A stretch of DNA of 64,000 nucleotides from Iphione sp. A-MEVVRFRX5 (lineage: Eukaryota): positions 72,168,001-72,232,000 of the forward strand of contig OZ320316.1 in assembly GCA_976226885.1 (NCBI GenBank), written 5' to 3'. Under the pieces are notes generated by a model. The model saw nothing but the letters and a program-made list of their open reading frames with translations. It was not told the origin of the DNA and did not search any database. A program made the translations under genes and the position numbers. Positions 37,701 through 52,007 of the stretch are shown here, piece by piece. The first letter of the stretch is position 1, and each line of letters opens with the position of its first letter.

Positions 37701-40700
37701 CAGTCATCTTATTATTGCTTTGTACGAACATAATTCTGTTACTAAAGATGTACCTTTCGTTAAGTAACTTTCTTGACATCGTTTCACATCACATATATTT
37801 AGACTGTCAAGATAAACTTTTCCAAGGAAACACCGGCACGAAATGTCCTCATTTATTGCATTCTGCATGCCATATGCTCGTCGAAGCCACATGCACATGT
37901 ATGTAAGACACAGGTGTCTCATGTTTAAATATCTCAAACGGCATCCGCAGGTTGGCAATTAGATTAGACAAGGGTACAAGGGTGAAGGTTCCTTAGGCTG
38001 AAAGGCTGACTGATTGATAGGTGACCTGTAGAGAGATAGGAGAACATCGTTCATCCGTCAATGTCATGCCGTAGGGGTGATGCCAAGAACGCCTGACATG
38101 ATAGCAGTTCAACAACACTTTATTCAAAAGGTGTGTCCTTCATTCACTGGAGTCAACCAGACGGTTGCTGATCACTCTGATTCTTGGCACCTTGGCGGCG
38201 TGATGTGTCCTTGTGTTACATTCAACATGCTAAAGAAATGTTACAATCATCTCCAACTATACCATTGTCAATGCATCGTCTGTGTGTTGAGCTGGTATAT
38301 CTGTTTAAGAAAGGTCGTTTGAGAAAAATCGTCCACTGAATTACTTTGCAGGTCTTCAATTATGTATTGTACATTACCTTTGATAAAATATGTTTTAATG
38401 CAAGTGGGTTTTGACAAAAATATAGTATAAAAATAATTCCTGTCGTAGAAACCTTCGACAGATTTTGTTTCCATGACTATCTGTCATGTTAAGTGTGCGA
38501 TGTTTTCCCCAAAAAAATAAGTCGTTGGCATGAATCCCAATCGATAGCATGTAAGAAAACATTTGCTGCGTAAATTGTATCGTTGTTTTGATTATCTCAT
38601 CGATCATAGATATAACACAATGCTCTCAGCCCGCACACATCCAGGGACGAATCGGGTAAGGACACCGATATTTTGCTTTGTATTTGACATTCACTGTGGA
38701 GAGCATCATCATTCTATACAATGTTGCTCATTCACCTGCTTATAGAATGATAATTAGAAAGGAGTTACGACTTTGCTCCAGTGACAGCAGGAGAACACCC
38801 GAAAAGTAGAACCATTGTTGGAGAGCATCTCCATTTTCGTGCTTAGCGGTGGTATCTTCCATGCTAAAACACGCTGCCTTACCCTGTGCATCCCCGCAGG
38901 GCATCATTATCTTTACAATGCTGTTGCATGTCTCTGACAGGCCATCCTAGCCATCCTCCTTTACCTTCGCCTCTCTGGCGCTGACACGAGAAAGATGGTA
39001 CCTGGATACTTATCCTTTTGTACGAAGTCGTGTGAGCCAAGTCACACGCGCTACATATCAGCTCGCTATCTCCGGGCTGATCCATATACGAAGCTACATG
39101 TATTTCTCAGGTCGTACCACCCATTAACTGCATGATTCACCCTTAATTTTTGCCCAAGTGGACCATGCGGTCCAATTCTGTCTTTAGAAATCGTTTTATG
39201 CGGTGCTGATTATATGTATATGAATTTATATTGCTCTCCCTTTTGAAATTGGGAATCATCTTTATCTCTAGGCAATCCTTGCTCCATTAGTCTTCCTGTT
39301 AGATTGACACTGCTATCCTGAAGATATCCCCATTAATTAAAAAAAACTGATTTTGTCACGTATGCATGTCGTTGGGATCTTCCCAGTGAGAGACACGAAT
39401 TTGCCATTGGCACGTAAGAAGTGTGGCATTATAGTCGGCGCCATTGAGCTCTTAGCAAGTCACACTTGGCTTCTTGGCTTAATCACTATCCTTTTGCCTG
39501 TTTCGCCTACATTACGCCGTGACTTAAAAAAACTCTAATGGTATGTGTGCAGAGTAGGTGGTAGAAGTCATCTGAAGCCCTTTTATGAGGAGTTCCTCAT
39601 GTCGTAATTACCATTCATTTTATGTCAGCGATTCAAAAAGTCACTTGACAAAATACCACCCACCAGTCATCGGGTTGTGCTACATGGTCGTCAAAGCATG
39701 ACCTATACAATTAACTTAATGATTTGAGGATTTTACCTTCTACCGTATGCCAACCAGAGATCATCTTCCAAAAGTCAGATGTATATTAAGATAAACAGCT
39801 GTTAAATATTCATATGTGCACATACCAAGAACGATGTAGTAGCCGGAATGACCTATATATGTCATGATTAAACAATGTATGAAAAGTCGTCTGAGATACT
39901 ATAAGGGAAATCGGCTTGAAAAAGGACCACACACCTCGCAGGAAAAGCATCACTGACTTTCCGACCTGTTATGTTCGGTACAAAAGCCAATTGTCACAGT
40001 GTAAGCCAGCCCTCCTTTCTATTGGCAAAGTTATGAATTGAAGAAATATTCTAATAAAAGGAACGGTTGCACCATATTGCCAGCTCCAATCATAGCACCT
40101 GGTCTCAAGTAGTTTGTCATACATGCAAGACAATACATTCTCACGCTATAGTCAACCCAAAATGCCAACTGCTCATTATAATGTCACTCGCAGGCATAGA
40201 AATCGACCGGTGAGCTAAAAATGAAATGTCACTTTTCAGTCTAGCAGAGGCAATCTGTCAGATTCTATATTTATCCAGAAATGTACCCCGCGAGGCATAT
40301 ACCAAATACATCCAAAATACCCCATCTAGGCATGCTAGACTATTGGTACACATTCACGTGGTAACATACGAAAATGGAAACGGGATTACAAAGTGCACAG
40401 GGTTACTTGCAACTTCTTGTTAGAGGAATAATACTCGGTTGACAAACTTTCGTAGCGTTTGCAAGACACTGTATCATTACTCTACTACCCGGTTAGCAGC
40501 GTAGTCTAATATTAGAGATATCTGTGCTTCGGGGAGCGATTTTCCATCTGCGCATATTCCAGAGTTGTTTTCACTGAGATGTGTTTCCATATCGTTCGGT
40601 ACAAATAGCGGTGTCTGGACGTTTCTTTTACTGAGCCATACTTAGATAGATATATCTTTTACATGGTCATACAGGATTATCTTTATATTTTATTACATTT

Positions 40701-41091
40701 ATTATATTCTTACTACATCTGTGTATATTTGTAAGTTGCATTGACATGTACAAATAGAATAAATATGTAATTCAAAGTCGGAAAGGCGAGAAAGGAAAAG
40801 TAGTGCGAATAAATGTGCACAATATGGATATATATGTACCTGAAATCAGTAAGGTTATAATAATTATGTATCGTTGAAAATACAGCACCAACTCTAAATA
40901 CTTACTGCATCTTTCTATGCATTCCTTGTGTAAATGGATAGTAGTGCATCTTCAAACTAACTGAGAATGACCTCTTAATCTTTTCATTATTTACTAGTCA
41001 TTTGATATATACATGTACTACCAAAGGAATCCGATCAGAAGTAATAAATTTTCATCGAAATGGCTGTAGCTTATTCATTTAATCACACTTA

Positions 41092-41530
41092 GGCCCAGTT
41101 TCCGTGTGTCCAGAAATTACCTCTGGGGCACATGCTCCGTGCTCCAGAAAAAAACGAACTCACTGATTTTAACAGAGAGTGTCCCATGTGTCCGTGTCTG
41201 TGCTCCGTGCTCCGGAGACCGAAAATGAACAGTGCTCCTTTTTTTTCCGGATTCTGGAGCACAGACACACAAGAAGTACATGTATATAAAAGGTGGTTTG
41301 AGGCATTTTAAGAAACAGAAAAACTATGTAACATATGTTAGATGTTGTGAAATATCTTTTAATTTGCATATCACTTGCATGAAAACCACACAATTTTGAC
41401 TGGTATGTCTCAACCTCCACTAAAAACCGCACAATTTGACCAATATGTCTCATCCTCCATTTAAAACTGCACAATTTTGACCGATATGTCTCAACCTCCA
41501 TAAAAAAAAATACATGTACATACATTAGAA

Positions 41531-41572
<42 letters not shown>

Positions 41573-41676
41573 CCATACACAAGGAAACCGGGTGTCCATG
41601 GCAGTCCGCAAAAGCGGCTGATTTTCCGCAGGACCACGGAGTACAGAAAAAAATCTGTACACAAGGAAACTGGGCC
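41092..41676 (+). mobile_element. PIF/Harbinger MITE (585 bp) with an internal 3 x 40-bp minisatellite and (CT)n
   Basis: TIR GGCCCAGTTTCCKTGTGTMCAGA, TTA TSD (41089-91, 41677-79); array 41379-41499; (CT)n about 41534-41566. Confidence 0.88.
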
Positions 41677-42774
41677 TTATACATGTACATGTTTCTTCTT
41701 CGGTTTTCGGTTGGCCTTGGATATAACGTAGGTACCCTGTTCTTGACAACTGCACCCCATTATCGCAGCTTTCGTTTCCTCACTTTGCCTACACATTGCC
41801 AAATCACAATCGTGTTTTAACTTTTAGTAGAATTATTTCGCCTGCAACTTAATTATATTGTACAAAGCTAATACGCTAGTGTATCATTGCGTCACTTAAA
41901 CGATTTCCTCGGACACATCGCACAGGATCGCAGGTGCAAACCATCGTGTCATTTCTGTAACTTGCTCATCGTAACTTGGTGCATGGTGACCCATCACGCA
42001 CAAACTGCATGTAATGACCAACGTGTATGATTGCCACGATGTGGGTACGTGTTGCTGAAAAATGTACCACCATTCAACCAATAATACAAAAAGTGAACTA
42101 CATGAAAAAAGATGCTTGAATGTTGTATCAAAGCTTGTTATATTCTACACAAGCCACCTCCGCGTTTGGGATTGCCTGTATATAGGGACGTTTGGAGATT
42201 AAAGTAAAAATGTTTTCAATTCAACTTCCCAGAGTAGATTATGATTGTTTGCAATTACATCCTAGAATCCTTCTGCAGGCATAATAATTATCAATGATGG
42301 GGCTCAGCCTGAGGTGGTTTTCACATGTGTACAGACTGAGATTCATATTTCTACTATACGTTGTCGCATTATTCCATCGTCTTCTGTCTGTATTCTGCAT
42401 GCAGTCCTTATAGAGCTTATGTCCGAATATACGTGTATTTTGGCCCTGGTGATGGCTGTCCATTAGAAGTACATGTCATAATAAACCTGCAGATATATAG
42501 CAAATCGCTCTGCATGTCTTTTGCTGCGGATATTTACATGCAGATGCCTAAGTCTGAAAGTCGGGCACTGCTGAAATCCAGTCTGTATATCTGTGCTTTC
42601 TGAATTAAATGACTCATGGACATTGAATTACCTTCTTCATTGGATTCACCCATTTGGATGAATTCACTGTGACTATATGTTTCTAGTAATAGATTATGTT
42701 ATTTGCCATATTACTCTTTATTCACCATTCCAATCGTTGAAAGGCATCTCTTTAATGCTCTGTCATGTGTCTAA

Positions 42775-43362
42775 GCCCTGGTTTCCATACCTGCAGGAGA
42801 GTGCAGAGAAGTGTGGGAGATGTCTGTGTGCATTGGTATACATTTTTGTGTCTCCCTTAGTCTCCCACAGAGGGGTGTGCTTGTTGAGGCTGTGGGAGCA
42901 TGCGGGAAAGGAGGGCAAAAATGAAGAAAAAGGATGGAAATGATGCTAAAAGCCAGAAAATGGCAAAAATGACAGGGGAAAAGTAAAAAGGGATAGAAAT
43001 GATACTCAAAAATGTAAAATGATGAAAAAGTGGGGAAAGGATGCCGAAAGCACAGAAAAAATGGTAAAAATGATGAGAAAAATTTCTGAGAAAGATATCG
43101 TTGTGTGTAATTGTGCATGAATGTCCATAAATCATGTTGCAGTGAAGAAATGTGAAGAATATGAAGAAATAGCAATGCGTTGCTGTCCATGTGTGGGAAA
43201 TTATCGGGCAGAGTTCGAAAAAAGGGCAACGCACTGCAAAGCATAGCAGCGCACACGGACAGCTCATGCAATCAAAAGACACCCCTCACTGATTATCCAT
43301 AATAATGCATGGAAAGGCACAGAATCACAAACGGACATCTCCGCATGTAAGAAAACCAGGCC
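42775..43362 (+). mobile_element. PIF/Harbinger MITE (588 bp) with an internal A-tract array
   Basis: Ends GCCCTGGTTTCCATACCTGC / reverse complement GGCCTGGTTTTCTTACATGC; TAA TSD (42772-74, 43363-65); purine-rich phased A-tracts 42907-43093. Confidence 0.82.
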
Positions 43363-46300
43363 TAAATGGATTACTCCGCTACTGTTGGTGCAGGGATGGG
43401 ATCTTGGGTCTGACGGTTGAGGGTACTCGGTGCGTCGTTCCCTCCTAACAATTGCCCGTTACCCTGGTTCCATGTTTTGTCCATGTGAATGAGATAATGG
43501 ACTTTCTGTACATCCAGAGCCTGTTACTGATACTCACACAACCAGACGCTAAAGGTTGCTTCGCTATTAGACAGAATATACCTTCGATATCCTCCTGTTG
43601 CTCTCACGCTACTTTGACCGTGTTCTTTTTTGCCCCTACACAGAGGTTATGGGGGACAGCTTTCATGTCCGAGGCCATCCCAGAAATAATAAGTCCATAA
43701 ACTCTTATCAGATAAAGCATGCAACCGGTTTGGCCGCCACAGAAACGTAGGTGTCAAAGAATTTGCATGTTTGCGTCCATTCCAAGTAGGTAGCTCAACT
43801 GACGGGAGACGCATCTGCCTCACAAACAAGCACTGCCTCTCTGTTGGCCGTGCGTACTGTAAAATGCTACAGAAAAACGTTTTTTAACCTGGTGGGAAAC
43901 CGCTTTATTACTTTATCGCATCGGGCAGCTGACTTGTATCCTCAGAACCTCACAATAAGGGACAAGTGGGCAGGCATTGGTGTACTTCTACATGTTCCAT
44001 ATTCCAATTTGCCACGAAGTCTTGTTTAGTCTACCGTAGGTGCGGCAGTGTTACACACTGCAGCATGTTTCATACACTCATCTGGGAAAAAAATGTCTCA
44101 ATCGTTTCGATATATCTTTGAATTTATTTCCGTGTAGTCATATAAAAAACATTGGTAAAAATGAAAACGGTCAGAAAAAGGGTAGTTTGGAAATGATATA
44201 TAACCTGAGAGAAGCGGCGTTTCAGCATTCAAGGCTTGTGCCTATAACGTCCACTGTTTCTGATAATTATGTTGATCTTCTTATCACGCTCAGATATCAG
44301 ATTATGCTTTGTAAACGCTTTATGAATGTAACAGCCAGTGCCATTAACATAGCTACCAGGAGTTTTCGTTCACTCCCTTTGTCTGTCTAGAGCTGAAGCC
44401 GTTTTTCTCCTGAAAGAATTTGTCTTGTCAGCTGTCAGGTGCAAAGTTCCAATCAGATTAAGCATGCAACGGAAATTTTTACGGCTAGGCACGACTGCCG
44501 GTTCAAGAAACATAAATGTCATGCTGTCACCAAGCATCGGTATTAAATTGGTCTTTGCCTCTTGTCAGGGTAGGGGGCTCATTGACATCTTTCACTCGTC
44601 AGTAGACTGTGAGGTATGCCTTCACAATTAATGCTCTGAGCTTCTTTCAATATGGGCTGCAGATTTAAGAAATTGTATGACTTTCAGAGTGGACTTCTCG
44701 CCCTCGGACAATTGCTTTCACAGCGTTACCCTAATAAGGATAACAAGAAGCAAGGCAATAAGACTGGAGGACGATAGAAGCGCAAGTGGTCTTAATCCAA
44801 TACAAACATTTTCGGGACCATCAGGTTAAACACTCAAAAAGATTGAAATTTCCGAACCGGTTCCACACAATAACGATTCCAAAAGACGAAAATAGGTAAA
44901 TATTGAGTGTATATCTCAGCCCAGGAGATTTCTATCGGTCGACACTCCCCCGTGATTGAACTCTCAGCCTTTCTGTTTGATTGAGGACTGGGGTAGCAAA
45001 GAAATATAATTATCAACTCCTCCCGCGTGTTTACATGAGCACACAATCTTTGCTCTGTGAGATCAAGAAGTGTGTATCTTATTCGTTAGATGTGGACTAG
45101 GCCTATGCTCTACGAGTGCTACCGGGTCAAGAAGTATGTATCTTGATGAAAATGTCATTAACTAATATCATCTGATGCTTAAACTTCAAATTATGAGGTG
45201 GATTCGGTTATTCCACAAAGCGGCCAGTCACAGATACTTGTCCGGTTTTTCCTGACGTGTTTATAATGTTCTTTGTAGTAATCTGCTGTCCTTATTATTG
45301 CATACCTATATCAAGTATGTTACGTGGTCTACTGTGCTCGAGAAACAGAATCTCCACTTCAGATAAAGGGGAAAGATGCCAGTACAATATAGAAATGAGA
45401 ATTAAATGGACGTTGAGCCTACTTTATCACAAGATACGTTCATATATTTCGTGGGATGGACCTCATTTTCGCTTTATTTTTTATGTTTTCCTCTTATATA
45501 ATAATGTATTCCATTTGTGTGATAAATACACTGTATTTCTTTCATCTTTCTGTCACCTACAATGAGACGCTAACCTAGTTAAGACAGGTGCACATCAAGA
45601 CAACGAAACTGAACAAAATATAGTCATTTTGAGTGTGTCCAAAAGGGTCTATATATTTGCTACGTCCAACAAAGATGTGTACTGACGTCTATTTTGATCA
45701 CTTAAAGTCAATTTGTCCACATTTTCACCTTTTGTCAGTCGGTAGATCCTATCCTGTAATTCTGTGTTTGCACCATCTTGCTAATCCAAGTCTATACCAC
45801 GGATGGCAACTCAAGGATATGTGCTTTCTTTACTTCAGATCCTGTTTAGATTGTGGGAGCGATGGAGCGGAGCAAGTTCAGGTCGCCTCCAAACTTCTAA
45901 TAAGTGTTTACCCTGGCGGTTAAAAATTACACTTGACATCCGGTTCTACCCACCAGTATCACATCGATGCTGGTATTCCTGCAAACTGCACCGATGACAC
46001 AAAAAATGAAATGGAAACCAACATAAAAGCGCAAACATTGCGACTTCTGGTTAGTTATGTGCAGTATTATTTAAGGACATATTGTTCACTTGTTCCTTTT
46101 AATGTTTGACATGACCTTTCGACCTAGAAATCTTACTGCGCCAGAACAATGGAGGCAGCTGGCGGCAAGGCATGCATGAAGATGAAGCCTCTGATGAGAT
46201 TTGCCGTTGTGTTTACTTTCCATTTGGTGGTCCTTTGCCGTTGTCCTTTGAGGTCTGTCTACCTTGAGGATCTGGAGATCAGGCGTAAGGGATCGGCGGC

Positions 46301-48794
46301 TTGGGAGTAGGTGGTAGTGGTTAAAAGCTGGTATTGCAATAGGAATGCCATCAGACGAAGGTAACCAGGTGCACCGCATCAGGCCATTCAAAGTAATACC
46401 TCCGCGGAACACAATAGGTATGTCTCACCCTTCTCCGGTTAAAACACCGCCCAACTGTGGAGAAAAGAATGGCAGATGTCGTAACATCAAAAGTAGAATT
46501 ACTCAGTTTGATTTACAGGATCCTGCAAACAACCTGTTACTCATTTGGTAGGCCTGATTTGTTGGCATGTTTCTTTCCAGATCTCCTGATATAATCAATC
46601 ACAAAACTGAAACTACGTTAAGTATACTGACTACCGGTACTATCTCCTAATACCCTTCGTATGAGTAAGCGGCAAATAATAGCATCTTTGTTGAAGACTT
46701 AAATAGGCCCATTATTAAATTGGTTATTGCAATCGCAAGTGCCATAACTACTAGCCATTTGTCCCGATGAATGGCCTTTGATAGCACGTGGACTATTGAT
46801 GACAATAGCGCTGTTTATTAGCAGGACCAACTTGATGGTGGTGCGGGTTCTCATGTCTCTATTGATTGCCTGTTCTACAGGCCTAAGTTGTCAAGGTGAC
46901 GCCAGTTGTCATGGACACAAATGATAGTAAACCTAAGCATATTTAAACTACGTCGTGATGGAGTTGGTATTTACTCATGCAACGTTAGAAGGGCACTTTG
47001 AGTGACAGCTTTCATCATGCTCCCCTCATCTCAATAAAAGCATATGTAGCAACATAACCAAATGCTGTTTTGCCTCGGGCTGACGTAAAAGTGGTACTAA
47101 TTGTTATAGTTTTGCCATCACACAAAAACAGTTAAGACTGCCTAGTTGTTGTCTACACGAGCGGAACCATTTTTCAGTTTTCAGAATTTTGATATCCACA
47201 TGTACATGTACACTAATCACTACCACGATGCAAAAAAACGGTATGGGTATAGTGCACATGCAATTACATTTAGTCTCTCCGAAAAGTACTCTTCATAAAG
47301 TCGGAAGAAAGAATAAATTACTGTAAATAAGTTTAAGAGGATTCATATTTTTTGTCTTCAAACATAGATAAACTTAGATAACGTGCGATTCTCACGGAGA
47401 TCTTCATAGAAATAATTTATATGGCACAAACGGTCTAAGTATGCACTCAAAGAACTCGGTCGGTTCGCTTTTCATTCTGAATATTGACCATTGAATATGA
47501 TCTTAAACTAACTAGCCTACCGGTTACAGGTGGAACCAGAACTGCCAGAGCCTGACATTTGGTTTCCTTTCCGGTCGCTTCAGTGATCTGTGTAACAGTA
47601 ATTTTAGAGTGACTGCCTTCTGGCCTACCCCGGCAAAGATATGTAGCTGCCAAAGGCCAGACTTAGGTCAAGACTGGTACGGGGTTGCTGCATGATGGAT
47701 TTATACCCGCCCAAGAGTAAAAACACATGAGGATCATATGGCTTGTCAGAAGACTGGGGCAGACTTGTGTGATCTGGAAGGACTAAGTAAACGCCCTCAG
47801 GTTGGTGAGTCAGGTAACACATCCCAGGCATGGCGCGCTATGGAACTCGCACCTGTCTTTTTAAGCTTTTCTCGCCCCGATCCCGAAGTGACGTGCTTCA
47901 TATTACAGTTTGACCCTCCCAGGACCAAATGGCAGAGGCACAATGGGACGGCCCTGCAACGCGATCCTTACAAAACCGGAGGGTTAAACAGTGAGAGCTA
48001 ACCACACCAAGAGCTACGTTTCCTTTGTCATAGGCCTCCTTTTTCCAAACCTGAAACCCATGCATAAATGCTGTTCGCGTTTCGCCCACGTCTCTCCGGC
48101 TACTACTCCTGTACGTACCCTTCGTTTTATGCCCCGCCACTAAGGTGCAACAAATAGGATGCTTTAAAATCTCTAAGAGGAGGTAATGCTCAGTTTCAGA
48201 ATGTGTTGAAAAGGGGATGGTGCGAATCTTTCAGCGTCGGTTTTTCCGCGCGACATAGGCTAGGCCTACGACGTCCAGTTTTGCTGCAGGCGATTGCTTG
48301 CTTTAGACGAGGGATTGAGTGAGGTACAGAGGTCACCGGACGATGAAGAGGGGCAGTTATCTGTAGCGGGCAGGGGGCTGCAGTAATGACAGACTGCTTT
48401 ATAGGACCTGGCCAAAGCCATGGCTCGAACCCCTACCTATAGGACACAGAGACAGAAATAAGAGCCAAAGCTCAACTTACTACTGATTAAGACATTGCGA
48501 GATTACCAACTGGCCAGGGGATTGCTGTACTGCATCTCAGATTGCCGTGTGGTTATCCTGAGGAAATACTAGACATTTTCCCAGTAAATAACTCTAGACA
48601 ACAGAAAACTAGTTAAACAATGAAATTGCTTTTTGTCTAGTGCGTCACCTTGATAGCCATGGAGTTGATGAAAATTGTAATATTACCCGACCTGTCATCG
48701 ATTCCTTTGCTGAGAAAAAAATGAGATCCTACAAGTTTGCTTTTAGAAAAGAACGATAAAGACTCAATATATTTAGTAATCCTATGAGATCACA

Positions 48795-49274
48795 GGGCTA
48801 TTTCTATGTGTACAGGCGCTAGACTTCAGGCTCTGTGTCTGGAGGCATCAGTGGATGGAAAATGGGAAATGTTCTTTTTTTCCACACCACAAATGCCCAC
48901 GGATCATTAGGATACTGAAATGGTTGGTTAAACAAGGTAGAGCCCTGTCTGATATATGTTAGATGATGTGATATATTTTATAATTTGCCTAAAATTTGCA
49001 TAAAAACTCACCCTTTACACAGATTTGGGCAGAATTCCTTCCAATCAGCACAAAAAAACAACTTGCCAGTTAAACAGATTCAGACATAATTCTGATCCAC
49101 ATAAAAAAACTTCACCATTTACACAGATATTGGCAGAATTCCTTCTAATCAGCACAAAAAAATAACTTGCCACTTACACAGATTTTCACAGAATTCTTTC
49201 TGATCAGCAAACTCTGTGCGCGTATCTGTGTGTGTAAATGAACTAGACAGCTACCAATACACATGGAACTCCCC
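48795..49274 (+). mobile_element. Degenerate PIF/Harbinger-like MITE with an about 52-bp tandem array
   Basis: Ends GGGCTATTTCTATGTGTA / reverse complement GGGGAGTTCCATGTGTA. Shares atatgttagatg.tgtga.atat.tt...aatttgc with 41335-41370. Array of tttacacagat..ggcagaattccttc.aatcagcac at 49013-49210. TSD not clear. Confidence 0.6.
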
Positions 49275-49432
49275 TGTGCATAAGTGTCCGGAAATGTCCA
49301 TAAATCGACCAAATTCTCTGGACTTTCCTCTATACAGGAAGTTAATCCAGACACATGGAAACCCAGTCTTACACTTTATGACTACGGATCTGTAAATACA
49401 AATACAGAGACAGTGGTAAATAATGCACAATA

Positions 49433-52007
49433 CGGCCCCCCCCTACCGGACCCCTCGTGTCCGGAATATCATCATAACCGGAGGGTATTCGAATTACCAA
49501 TTGTTTTTCTCTAAAAATTATACTATTTAACTGGACCCTGCTTTTCCGTATTCGGATGAAATTTAGCTACATTTTTTAGCATTTAACATAGGAAATACAT
49601 TCAGTTAACCGGAGGCGTGTTGTCAAAGGAGGCTTATCGTGTCTGCGTGACAAGGGCGAGTGAACGACAATGGATAGGGGTTTGTTTGAAGTACATAGCG
49701 TCAGTCGCTCAAAAAACACAGGACATCCATTGATGCAGTGAGTGACTCCCACAACAAAGGGTTTACAGCCTGGGGACTTCTAACGCCTTATCGCACCTAG
49801 GTGAGGGGAGGCGTTAGGGGAACAAAGAATTTACAGCCTGTGGCCCTGAGGTACCCCCCAGGTTATTGTCTGTGCACGGTAGAGGTGTGCTGGCCGGGTC
49901 GTCCTCCAGGGCTGAGAATTCAGCTTAAAAGCAGGAGGGTAGGAGCGAACAGTATCCATTCCCTCTGGAACCACCAAGATGTCTCAACCACCCACCAAGC
50001 GTCGTCGAGTCTGCATCACCAACGCCCCAAAAAAGGAACTATGTCTGCACAAGGCCAAACACCCTGGAACGTCCCAGGCTGACATGATTGCGAAATTCTC
50101 CTCCAAGTGGGGAGTTGAAGTGCCACGATCCACTATATCAGACATTTTGAAAAAGTCTGCACAATGGATCGGCATGTCGGCTGAAGAGGGGAGCCTATGC
50201 CGCCAATGATGCCCACTGCAGTCCAAGCTTGAGGCGGCCCTGATGATATGGTTTGCCAATATGCGGTCAAGAGGCGCCATCCTATGAGACGACATGATGA
50301 TTCGTCAAGCCCAGAAGTTGGGGGTACAGATTGGCATCACGGGATTCCAGTACAGCAAGGGCTGGCTTGGGCGCCTCAAGATTCGCAACAATATTCGATG
50401 CTACAAGCAGCACAGCAAGTCTGCTTCAGCAGATATGGCAGTCATCAAGGATGGGCGCTCCTCCCTCCAGGAGGAGCTCTAGGGCTTCGATCCAGAAGAC
50501 GTCTACAATATCGACGAGATGGGGCTGTTTTACCATTTAAAGCCCACTGCCACCTTGTCGACTGGTCCAGTCAAGGGTGAGAACAGGAACAAAGATCAAA
50601 TTACAGTCGTCCTTGCATGCAACACCACTTGATCAAACAAGTTGAGGCCCTTGGTCATTGGGAAATCAGCAAAGCCCAGGTGCTTCTCCATGGGGTTTGA
50701 CCATGGCATGTATGTCCACTACCACCATAACCAGAAGGCCTGGATGACGTCTAAGGTCTGGGTGGACTACCTGCAAATACTCAACGATCGGGCGAAGGGT
50801 CAGGGCTGGCGGTACCTGCTGCTGGTAGACAATGCGGGACCTCATAAGACAACCGAGAGGTTCTCCCACCTGAGCCTCAAATTCCTGCCTCCCAATACCA
50901 CAGCACACATCCAGCCCTTAGATGCAGGAATTATTGCCTCATTCAAGACACAATACAGAAAGAGGCTGGTTGAGCACTTTTTGGGATGTGTGGAGAGAGA
51001 TGAGCCCATGGTGACTGACATCAGGAAAGCTATCCTGATGCTCCATGAAGCCTGGGCCTCAGTGACATCGACGACCATCAAAAAGTGCTGGGATCACGTC
51101 AACATCCTCCCCGGCCCCAACACCACCACCAGCACCACCAGCCCCAACACCACCACCAGCACCACCACGACCACCCTCACCAATGAAGATCCATCTGATG
51201 ATGAGGAGGATCTCCCATTATCAGAGTTGCAAGCTCTCCTCCAGGCAATGCCAAGTGAAGATGGGCAGGCAGTGATGTCTGCCCAGGAATACGCACAGGT
51301 GGATCAGGAGGCTGAGACAAATAGGGAATTGACTGATGAGGCCATCATCAGTCTTGTCGGTCAGCCTGAGGTGCCTGACTCACAAACTGGTGAGAATGAG
51401 GATGAGGCAGAGTATGTCCCCCCACCACCACTCACCTTCAAGGAAGTATCCAGATCAGTGGACACACTGGTCAGATTATGTGAGGAGCGCAAGAATATTG
51501 CTCGAGTTGAATTCCTCAGGGGACTGCTGCAAGATGCTCAGACAACTCATAAGAGTAAAAGACAGACCCTCATCAAAGACTTTTTCAAGGTTTAAAGAAA
51601 TTGTTTTGTGAAATTGTTTTTTTTACTTTTTTTCTCACCATTGTGATTTTTTTTTGTTATTGATAAATTATGTATGAGTTTGACATATGTTTTCTGTAAT
51701 AAATACCCTTATTCCTAACGGAAATTGAATGTGTCATTATTTTCCAGAAATTCATAAAAATCCTTGAAATGGTAATATTTGGTCCATACTTTACTATTAT
51801 GACAGTTTTCCTCACCAGGACACACATGGGAAGCCTTTGAAACCAATACAGATCGATAATCAATAGTATCCATTAGGTTCCCATACTTTACCATTATGAC
51901 CGTTTTCCCCACCAGGAGACGCATGGTGCTTGGGTCGCCACTCCGGACCCCTCCCAACCGGACAATTTTTCGCATTCCGGTACCCTCCGGTTAAGGCGGG
52001 CCAACGG
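49433..52007 (+). mobile_element. pogo/Tigger DNA transposon (about 2.6 kb), left TIR degraded
   Basis: Right end ...TCCGGTTAAGGCGGGCCAACGG|TA; left TA|CGGCCCCCCCTACCGGA; repeated AACCGGA subterminal motifs; encloses a transposase. Also a 46-bp direct repeat near 51784 and 51880. Confidence 0.8.
49979..51595 (+). pseudogene. pogo/Tigger (CENP-B-like, DDE_1) transposase, 538 codons, four in-frame stops
   Basis: One frame throughout: N-terminal HTH (KKELC...SQAD....W...V.RSTISDILK), second HTH (EAAL.IWF...FQYSKGWL.R.K.R), triad YNIDEMG / LLVDNAGPH / IQPLDAGII with 30 residues between D2 and D3. Stops at 50207, 50285, 50480 and 50630. Confidence 0.93.

Noticed and set aside
41169-43282. Long ORFs 41169-41755 and 42771-43282
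   Set aside because: They arise from (CT)n and A-tract arrays inside MITEs (ERERER, F/L/H-rich) and are not real coding regions.
46149-46286. Possible first coding exon with a type II membrane anchor (MEAAGGKACMKMKPLMRFAVVFTFHLVVL...|gtaagg)
   Set aside because: No downstream exon could be linked and no family is recognisable.
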